The notes below the pieces were generated by a model that saw only the letters and a program-made list of their open reading frames with translations, ran no database searches and was not told the DNA's origin. The translations under genes and the position numbers were made by a program. A stretch of 64,000 nt of DNA from an uncultured bacterium (lineage in GTDB: Bacteria > Muiribacteriota > CAYSPT01), in contig CAYSPT010000011.1 of the NCBI GenBank assembly GCA_964432985.1, forward strand, positions 21,257 through 85,256. The letters run 5' to 3'. Shown here one piece after another: positions 1 through 6,922 of the stretch (position 1 is its first letter; each line of letters begins with the position of its first letter).

Positions 1-44
1 AAAACAGGAGTACCGTCCGCATATGCACCCGGCCGTCACTGACG

Positions 45-764
45 TTACCGGTTAAATTTCCGTTCCTGTTTATCAATGGCTTTCTCAAGGCTTTCAATGT
101 TTTCACACAGGCCCCGGTCCTGCTCTACAATCCGATACATTCTTTGCAGGGACTGATCCAACGCTACCCGGTTTATTTTTATCTTTTCCGGGTCTCCGGC
201 TTCTTTTCGCAAGATGTCAAAATTCTCTCCCAGTGCTATTGTCTGCCGGACCACTGTTATAAAGGTATCAGCCAGTTCGCCGGACCGTGATTTCAGATCT
301 CTGTGCCGCTCCTTCATTTCTTTCAGGCCGGCTTTAATCATTTTGGTATCAATTTGTGCAGCCTTCCGGTCGCGCTTCATGATGGTGACGGTAACCGGAT
401 TGCTTAGAATGATCAGCCCTTTATACTGGACGGTGGCAAGGATGGTCTTCTTACCCGGTTCGTACATCCTGACCGTGACGGTACCGTCCGTCCCGGTAGT
501 TCCTTTTGGCCAACCGTTGGCTGTGATTTTTGCTCCGATAACCGGCGAATATCCACTATCGACCACACCGACAGCGACATCGTTCATCCAGCCGTCACCG
601 TCGGTATCGATTACCTGTGTGGTAATGGTTATTTGACGTTTACCCGATGCTTGATCGTTTTTCTTCATTGCCGGTTGCGCCCACACCGCGACGGCGTACA
701 TAATCAGGATGTGAACCAGCATAATTCTTGAAGCCAACTCGATACTCGCTGTTTTTTTTGTCAT
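45..764 (-). CDS. secreted hypothetical protein
   Basis: N-terminal hydrophobic leader ending AVAVWA|QP looks like a signal peptide. Acidic DTDGDGWMND motif within a beta-rich middle region. Charged helical C-terminus. No family recognised. Confidence 0.5.
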   Translation of the reverse strand: MTKKTASIELASRIMLVHILIMYAVAVWAQPAMKKNDQASGKRQITITTQVIDTDGDGWMNDVAVGVVDSGYSPVIGAKITANGWPKGTTGTDGTVTVRMYEPGKKTILATVQYKGLIILSNPVTVTIMKRDRKAAQIDTKMIKAGLKEMKERHRDLKSRSGELADTFITVVRQTIALGENFDILRKEAGDPEKIKINRVALDQSLQRMYRIVEQDRGLCENIESLEKAIDKQERKFNR

Positions 765-869
765 TCCCAGTATGTCCCTTTCTCAAATAGAAACTCGCAC
801 TATAATATATTTACCATTCAATATTCCCGGCTATAACAATGATACACTATTACCGGACGTGAGACCTAT

Positions 870-1148
870 ATGAACATTGAAGATCCGGTAGAGATTCCGA
901 TCGACGGGGTACTGGACCTGCACACCTTCAGACCTGGTGAGATAAAATGCCTCATACCGGAATATGTTTACGAATGCCGGCGACGAGGCATCTATGAGAT
1001 TCGTATCATCCACGGCAAAGGCACGGGCACGCTGCAGCGCATCGTCCACTCGGCTCTGGGCAAGATACCCGAGGTCGAGTCGTTTCACCTGGCCGGAGCC
1101 GACCACGGCGGCTGGGGCGCAACCATTGTGTATTTAAAGAAAGAGTAG
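870..1148 (+). CDS. Smr (small MutS-related) domain protein
   Basis: 92 aa. IDGVLDLHTF ... IRIIHGKGTGTLQ matches the Smr LDLHG / HGxGxGxL signature. Confidence 0.7.
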   Translation: MNIEDPVEIPIDGVLDLHTFRPGEIKCLIPEYVYECRRRGIYEIRIIHGKGTGTLQRIVHSALGKIPEVESFHLAGADHGGWGATIVYLKKE

Positions 1149-1254
1149 TTAGCTTGGCCGGAGGATCCACTCAAAAAATATAAACAGGGCCGGGAGCGTT
1201 TTGCTGCTCTCCCGACCCTGGATGGTTTACTCAGTTATATTTCCGGCGAGTCTG

Positions 1255-1683
1255 CTATCGTTCAAGAGTCCTGCTAGTCGTCGCGTTTTGAAGGCCGTTG
1301 TTGACGGTCTGCTGAGTGGTGTTGGCAGTGTTGGCGAAGCTCCCGTCATTCTGAAGCGTACCGGCAGTGGTCTGGCCCTGGCCCTGGAATGCGCCCTGAA
1401 CACCCTGCACGGTATTCTGAACACCCTGCACGGCGCCGGGGACTGCCTGTACGATCTGCCCCGCCTGCCCCAGGGTATTTCCAACATTGTTGTTGCCGAA
1501 CATACTGGCTATACCACCGCCGGCGCTGAGTGCCGAACCGATGCCGCCCATGATTCCCGAGTTGCCCAAAATTCCACCAATACCTGAAACGAGGCCGCCG
1601 ATAACGCCGCAACCCTGAAGAACCATACTCCCCGTAACCAGAACCATCAGCAGCAGCAGCGAGCGGCAATTTCTTTTCAACAT
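1255..1683 (-). CDS. glycine-zipper lipoprotein (copy A)
   Basis: Leader MLKRNCRSLLLLMVLVTGSMVLQGC ends in a lipobox (LQGC). Gly-zipper stretch GGILGNSGIMGGIGSALSAGGGIASMFG. VQGVQ repeats. Paralogue of 2184..2651. Confidence 0.65.
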   Translation of the reverse strand: MLKRNCRSLLLLMVLVTGSMVLQGCGVIGGLVSGIGGILGNSGIMGGIGSALSAGGGIASMFGNNNVGNTLGQAGQIVQAVPGAVQGVQNTVQGVQGAFQGQGQTTAGTLQNDGSFANTANTTQQTVNNGLQNATTSRTLER

Positions 1684-1823
1684 CTTTCATCTTCCCTTTC
1701 CGAGTCATCCTTTATTTTCCTGCGGAACGTTCAACCGTTCCGTGTTTTCCGTTTTCACACAGTAAGTAACGTCCAGTGGAAAAAAGTTGGAAAGTTTATT
1801 TTTTGGGGACTTCAACTACCGTT

Positions 1824-1920
1824 TACGCTGCGCATCGTCTACTCGGCTCGGGGCAAGATACCCGAGGTCGAGTCGTTTCACCTGGCCGGAGCCGGTCACA
1901 GCGGCCGGGGACCTATTGTC
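1824..1920 (+). pseudogene. remnant of the Smr gene 3' end carried in a tandem duplication
   Basis: Aligns by eye to 1028-1131 (…gcatcgtc.actcggctc.gggcaagatacccgaggtcgagtcgtttcacctggccggagcc…). The 5' two thirds of the gene are absent. Confidence 0.6.
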
Positions 1921-2020
1921 GGAACCTATCAGCTTATTTGATGTGGCGTCGTTTAGGGAAGCCTACTACGTTTTACATAAACTGTTGTAAAATTTACAAC
2001 GTTTCATTAAATAGCCATAC

Positions 2021-2077
2021 TGACCAGAGACAGTCATCCCGACCAGGGACAGTCATCCTAACCAGGGACAGTCATCC
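2021..2077. repeat. 19-bp tandem repeat x3 (tgaccagagacagtcatcc / cgaccagggacagtcatcc / taaccagggacagtcatcc)
   Basis: Read directly from the sequence. Intergenic, inside the second duplication unit. Confidence 0.9.
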
Positions 2078-2183
2078 TCCGGCTTGACCGGAGGATCCAC
2101 TCCAAAAATATAAACAGGGCCGGGAGCGTTTGCTGCTCTCCCGACCCTGGATGGTTTACTCAACTATCTTTCCGGCGACTCCG

Positions 2184-2651
2184 CTATCGATCAAGATTCC
2201 TGGTAGTTGTCCTTCTGTTGTTTTCATTCATAACCGCCGTAGCGTTTTGAAGGTTGCTGTTAACGGCCTGCTGAGCGGTGTCGGTGTTGTTGGCGAAACT
2301 ACCGTCACTCTGAAGCGTACCGGCAGTGGTCTGGCCCTGGCCCTGGAATGCACCCTGAACACCCTGCACGGTATTCTGCACGCCCTGCACGGCACCGGGG
2401 ACTGCCTGCACGACCTGGCCTGCCTGCCCCAGGGTACCGGCTACATCGTCGTTACCGAACATACCGGCGATGCCACCAGCGGCACTGAGAGCCGTACCGA
2501 TTCCGCCCATGGCGCTCGAACTGCCCAACACTCCACCAATACTCGAAACGAGGCTGCCGATAACTCCCACCACGGCGCAACCCTGAAGAACCATACTCCC
2601 CGTAACCAGAACCATCAGCAGCAGCAGCGAGCGGCAATTTCTTTTCAACAT
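2184..2651 (-). CDS. glycine-zipper lipoprotein (copy B)
   Basis: First 25 aa identical to copy A, including the LQGC lipobox. Same Gly-zipper and VQGVQ repeats. The upstream leader/promoter sequence 2649-2743 duplicates 1681-1775. Confidence 0.65.
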   Translation of the reverse strand: MLKRNCRSLLLLMVLVTGSMVLQGCAVVGVIGSLVSSIGGVLGSSSAMGGIGTALSAAGGIAGMFGNDDVAGTLGQAGQVVQAVPGAVQGVQNTVQGVQGAFQGQGQTTAGTLQSDGSFANNTDTAQQAVNSNLQNATAVMNENNRRTTTRNLDR

Positions 2652-2889
2652 CTTTCATCTTCCCTTTCCGAGTCATCCTTTATTTTCCTGCGGAACGTTC
2701 AACCGTTCCGTGTTTTCCGTTTTCACACAGTAAGTAACGTCCTGTCGGATAAAGTTGGAAAGTTTTTTTATGAAGCTTTTACTAACGTCTCCATTGACAA
2801 CTCCCCATGTACAAAACCAGGGGCTTTACGACGTTAACTGGTAAGGATATTCATTGAGCATTCTTACGAATCGGTGCCTGGCGATTGGT

Positions 2890-4215
2890 TCATCCAGAAC
2901 CGGTACTATAGCCAAACCGGGAAATGAACGGGGCGAGATCTTCACGGACGTATTCGAGCTGCTCGGCATACCGCAGCCACCGGAACTTCGCCCGCTTGTA
3001 GATCGGTTTGGTCACCGACTGGTAGCTCGGCGTCTTGATAGTCCTCTTTTTGGCATGGTCCCGGTAATTCAAAACAGCTTCGTCCCAAGTAAGTTCGAGA
3101 AACTCCAGCAGCCCTTCGACTGCGCCGCGGAGGTTCTCCACCAACGATTCATATTTCACGGTGTGGTATTTCACCGGTAAGATCTTTATATACAGATCCC
3201 ACAATCCCATGATGTGTTTGTAGAGACGAGCAGACTCCTGAAGCGTATAAAAATTGGCCATGGCTTCGTTGATCTTGTAGTTCTGCATGAAATTGCTGAG
3301 GACCACATCACATGGATGGCGTATGACCAGGATGAACTTCGTGGCGGGGAACAACCGGACAGCCAACGGTACGTGCTGTATGTTGAGCGGAAGTTTGTCA
3401 ACCAGAACCGTTCCCGGCTTCCTGCCGATACTCTGCTCCACTTCGTTAAAGTACCGTGCCCGTAAAGATTTGATATCCTCCTGGTCAAGAGAGGGCAGCG
3501 CGCGTGGGTAACCTCCATACGATACGTCAATCTCCGAAGCAAGCGTTTCCAGGATAGGCACCTCTTCCATCACCTGCAACTGCGGATGACAGTCGAGAAT
3601 CTGGTCTAAAAGCGTCGTTCCCGAACGGGGGAATCCCACCAGAAAACAAGGTGGGCCGGAAGGATGGGACACCGGCTGCGCCGAAAAAGACCGGCCCCAC
3701 TCCGCGGTGACCGTGCTCTTCATCCGTTCGAGTTTGCGCAGGTACGATTCCATTGCCCGGTCGGAGCCCTCCGTTTTCAGCCGCTGAAGGTTGTTGCCCG
3801 ATGAAAAGTGGTGATACGCCCTGGCGTTGTCGTTGAGAAGATCGTACAGCTTGCCGAGCTCGAAATGAATGAAAGAAAGATAAACGCTTTCTACCTGGAC
3901 AGCCGGGGCTAACAGCTCTACGGCTTCCTCGAGTTTCCCCCGGCGCCTCAGCAGGCGGGCCTGAACGTACCGTGCGTGCGGATTGGCCGGGTCCATACTT
4001 AAAGCTTTTTGAGAGAACAACTCGGCCTGCTCGACGTCGTTGCGCTTTTCGTAGATCTCACCCAGATTATTGCAGGCATCGACTAATCCGGGGTTGATTT
4101 CATACGCCTTTTTGAAACTGGACAGGGCCTCGTCCAGCTGGTCACACTCCTGGTAGATGAGCCCCAGGTTGTTGTGGACTTCGGCGAAATCAGGCGCCAA
4201 GGCGAGGGCTTTCAA
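2890..4215 (-). CDS. TPR repeat + sulfotransferase domain protein (C-terminal portion of an interrupted gene)
   Basis: TPR repeats, then the PAPS-binding motif FPRSGTTLLDQIL (5'-PSB) and VIRHPCDVVLS (3'-PB-like). The annotated start is a TTG lying in frame just after a TAA (see 4231..4677). Confidence 0.7.
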   Translation of the reverse strand: MKALALAPDFAEVHNNLGLIYQECDQLDEALSSFKKAYEINPGLVDACNNLGEIYEKRNDVEQAELFSQKALSMDPANPHARYVQARLLRRRGKLEEAVELLAPAVQVESVYLSFIHFELGKLYDLLNDNARAYHHFSSGNNLQRLKTEGSDRAMESYLRKLERMKSTVTAEWGRSFSAQPVSHPSGPPCFLVGFPRSGTTLLDQILDCHPQLQVMEEVPILETLASEIDVSYGGYPRALPSLDQEDIKSLRARYFNEVEQSIGRKPGTVLVDKLPLNIQHVPLAVRLFPATKFILVIRHPCDVVLSNFMQNYKINEAMANFYTLQESARLYKHIMGLWDLYIKILPVKYHTVKYESLVENLRGAVEGLLEFLELTWDEAVLNYRDHAKKRTIKTPSYQSVTKPIYKRAKFRWLRYAEQLEYVREDLAPFISRFGYSTGSG

Positions 4216-4230
4216 GAAACTGTCAGCGGC

Positions 4231-4677
4231 TTACTCCAGGCGGCCCAGGTCCTTGAGCGCGTTGCCCAGGTTGTAGAAAGCCTGGGGATACGCCGGTTTA
4301 AGGGTGAGGGCTTTTTTATAGCACCGGATGGCTTCATCGGTCTCACCGGTGCTTTTCAAGGCATTGCCCAGGTTGTTGTGGTATGCAGCCGCAGAAGGAT
4401 TGCAGCCGATAGCGTCCCTGATGAGGTGTATGGCTTCACCGTACCGCGCACGCTTCATGAGCAGCACCCCCAGGAGGTGGAGAGCATCGGCATTTCGGGT
4501 ATCGTTTCGGACAATACGACGGTAGAGCTTTTCGGCTTCATCGAAGCGGCCGCCCTGGTGGTGTCGAAGCGCCGTTTCCAGATCGACGGACGTACTGCCC
4601 CCGGGGGCAGGTCCGGGATGCCGGCTGCGCTGGTGTTTCCGGCTGCCTTTTCGCTTCTTTGATTTTTTCTTGCCCAT
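4231..4677 (-). CDS. TPR repeat protein (N-terminal portion of the same interrupted gene)
   Basis: Basic N-terminus followed by three or more TPR units. It ends ...NLGNALKDLGRLE-TAA. The same frame continues AADSFLKALALAPDFAEVHNNLG, which completes the TPR unit. Confidence 0.65.
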   Translation of the reverse strand: MGKKKSKKRKGSRKHQRSRHPGPAPGGSTSVDLETALRHHQGGRFDEAEKLYRRIVRNDTRNADALHLLGVLLMKRARYGEAIHLIRDAIGCNPSAAAYHNNLGNALKSTGETDEAIRCYKKALTLKPAYPQAFYNLGNALKDLGRLE

Positions 4678-4763
4678 GGTACCGTTTATGGTAACACAGT
4701 GTCATAGCGCACGAAATTTACTCCTTTAACCAAACATAGTTGAAACAATCCTTCCCTTTATGC

Positions 4764-4967
4764 ATAGACCCGAGTAAGAAATAGACCCGAGTAAGAAATA
4801 GACCCGAATAAGAAATAGATCCGAGTATGAAGTACACCCAAGTAAGAAATACACCCAAATAAGAAATACACCCGAGTAAGAAATACACCCGAGTAAGAAA
4901 TGCACCCAGGTAAGAAATACACCCGGGTAAGAAATGCACCCGGGTAAGAAATACACCCGGGTGAAAA
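4764..4967. repeat. 17-bp tandem repeat array, 12 units (consensus atacacccgagtaagaa)
   Basis: Units read off at exact 17-nt phase from 4764 to 4967. The left units are 'atagaccc', the right units 'atacaccc/atgcaccc'. Intergenic, between divergent genes starting at 4677 (-) and 5128 (+). Confidence 0.95.
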
Positions 4968-4996
4968 GGATAACGCTGGGAAGAAGGGACAGCGCA

Positions 4997-5052
4997 GGAA
5001 ATTGATCTAACTGAGGAAATTCATATAACTGAGAAAATATATTTTAACTAGG
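4997..5052. repeat. degenerate 18-19-bp tandem repeat x3 (ggaaattgatctaactgag ...)
   Basis: ggaaattgatctaactgag / gaaattcatataactgag / aaaatatattttaactagg, read directly. Confidence 0.7.
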
Positions 5053-5127
5053 ACATAGTGAATAGATATATTCAGCAGCAATAGAAATATATCAAAAAGC
5101 AGGGATTAGCAGGAAGCAGGTGTTTTC

Positions 5128-6789
5128 ATGAAAAAACTGGCTGTATACCTATGTGCGGCAGCTCTGCTGGCGCCAGCACTGGTGATGTCCGCCACGACCG
5201 TTGAAGCCCGGGAAACGGACATCTCTGTCATTGAAAGACAAATAACGGAGGTCGATGCAACGGAGAACCGGGCGGCGGAAGCACAGCCAACGGAGGTCGA
5301 TGCAACGGAGAGCCGGACGGCGGAAGAAACCGTCCACTATTCGCTGGTGCGCGTCTACCTGGACAGCAAGAACGACAACCGCCTGCTGGCGGATATGGGC
5401 GTGCTGGACATCTGCGGCTACTCGGTTAAAGACGGCTACACGGAGCTGGTGGTCAATTCGTTTGGCCTGGAGCAGCTCAAAAACACGAACTTCCGGATAG
5501 AGATTATCGAGGACGGCCTGGACGCCCGGCTCGAGAAGTACCGCTTAAGCGGTGATCTCGGTGCTTATCACAGCGTGGCCGAGTCGAACCAGGCCATTCA
5601 GCGGATGCACGAGGATCATCCCGGGATAACCGCCCTGGAAGTGATCGGGTTTTCCTGGGAGGAACGGCCCATCTGGGCCATCAAGATATCGGACAACCCG
5701 CAGCTGGATGAAGACGAGCCGTCGGTCTTCTTCAACGGGGCCCACCACGCCAGGGAGTGGATCTCCTACGAGGTGCCCCTGGCCCTGGCGAAACACCTGC
5801 TTGAAAACTACGACAGCGACGAGACCATCACCGAACTGGTGAATGAGCGTGAGATATGGATCGTCCCTATTGTCAATCCCGACGGGGTGCGCCATGCCCA
5901 GACGACGTTCACCTTGTGGAGGAAGAACCGCCGGGAAGCGCCGCCGGAAGGCTATGAAAACGGGGTGCTCGACCCCAGGACGGTGGGGGTCGATCCCAAC
6001 CGCAACTACGGGTACATGTGGGGCGACACCAGCGACAACGTCCGTATCGAATCGGAAACCTATCACGGTCCCGGGCCGTTTTCCGAACCGGAAGTAATCG
6101 CCGTTCGGGACCTGGTCCTGCGGGAGCGGTTCGACACCGCCATCGCGTTTCACAGCTACTCCGAACTGATTCTCTATCCCTTCGGTTTTTCCAAAGAAGT
6201 CCATGCACCCGACGAACCGGCCATGCACGAGATAGCGGAAGAGATGGCCCGGTTCAACGGCTACACTCCCATGACGATTGCCGAGCTCTACCCCTGCCGG
6301 GGGACGGCCGACGACTGGTTCTACGGCGAAGCCGGGATCTTCCATTTCACCATGGAGCTGGGAAGGGATTTCATCCCCGCTGACGAGGACGTGGCGCCCA
6401 TTTGCGAATCGAACATCAAAGCGGCCCTGTACCTGTTGGGCAGGGCGGGAAACCTGGTTGACGAGCGCGTAGAGACCATCGTCCAGGTGCAGGATTACGT
6501 GGAGGCGCTGCTTAAAGAGGCAGCCGCCGACGGCCGCGGGATGTCCGACGGCGAGAAGATCGACTACGTGCGGATGCTCAGGCTGAAAAAGGTAATCGCA
6601 GAACAGCTGGCGAAAGAAGTGGCCGCAGGCTGCCCGGATAAAGCGGCCCAACTGACAGCGAAACTCGGCGCCATGCCACCCGGGATGAAAAACGTGTTTC
6701 GCCCGGTGGTCAACCACATCCTGGCCGCCGTGAAAAATAGAATGACACAGTGCTCACCGCAGCTGCGGTCACTGTTTAAAGAGTTTTAA
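5128..6789 (+). CDS. secreted M14 family zinc carboxypeptidase
   Basis: Signal peptide. Zn ligands HAREW (HxxE) and AFHSYS. NPDG, WRKNRR and NRNY motifs. Catalytic Glu in FTMELG. A 45-nt direct repeat near the N-terminus encodes TEVDATE.R.AE twice. Confidence 0.85.
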   Translation: MKKLAVYLCAAALLAPALVMSATTVEARETDISVIERQITEVDATENRAAEAQPTEVDATESRTAEETVHYSLVRVYLDSKNDNRLLADMGVLDICGYSVKDGYTELVVNSFGLEQLKNTNFRIEIIEDGLDARLEKYRLSGDLGAYHSVAESNQAIQRMHEDHPGITALEVIGFSWEERPIWAIKISDNPQLDEDEPSVFFNGAHHAREWISYEVPLALAKHLLENYDSDETITELVNEREIWIVPIVNPDGVRHAQTTFTLWRKNRREAPPEGYENGVLDPRTVGVDPNRNYGYMWGDTSDNVRIESETYHGPGPFSEPEVIAVRDLVLRERFDTAIAFHSYSELILYPFGFSKEVHAPDEPAMHEIAEEMARFNGYTPMTIAELYPCRGTADDWFYGEAGIFHFTMELGRDFIPADEDVAPICESNIKAALYLLGRAGNLVDERVETIVQVQDYVEALLKEAAADGRGMSDGEKIDYVRMLRLKKVIAEQLAKEVAAGCPDKAAQLTAKLGAMPPGMKNVFRPVVNHILAAVKNRMTQCSPQLRSLFKEF

Positions 6790-6894
6790 CAGGTCGCGGC
6801 GGTAAAGTTTGTGAAGAGTTTGGACAGGTCGCGGCAGAACAGTTTGTGAAGAATTTGGACAAGTCGCAGCAGAACAGTTTGTGAAGAATTTGGA
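6790..6894. repeat. 35-bp tandem repeat x3 (caggtcgcggcagaacagtttgtgaagaatttgga)
   Basis: Units at 6790-6824, 6825-6859 and 6860-6894, plus a partial fourth. Intergenic, between the M14 and S8 genes. Confidence 0.95.
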
Positions 6895-6922
6895 CAGGGA
6901 GTTAAGAAAGGGGATTTGAAGT

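Noticed and set aside
1201-2837. Plus-strand ORFs 1201..1587 and 2130..2837 opposite the glycine-zipper lipoprotein genes
   Set aside because: The minus-strand frames have a lipobox, duplicated promoter/leader sequences and a coherent Gly-zipper. The plus-strand frames are artefacts of Gly (GGN) codon complements.
4718-4956. Two ORFs (73 and 76 aa) with repetitive 'YFLLGCISY' translations
   Set aside because: They are simply translations of the 17-bp tandem array. Because 17 is not divisible by 3, the peptide repeats only every 51 nt. There is no start context.
4764-4967. Possible CRISPR array
   Set aside because: The units are contiguous 17-mers with no spacers, and no cas genes are present in the window.
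5545-6717. 390-aa minus-strand ORF opposite the M14 carboxypeptidase gene
   Set aside because: It is a shadow ORF in a GC-rich region, with low-complexity Arg/Gly/His/Pro-rich translation. The plus-strand frame carries all the M14 catalytic motifs.
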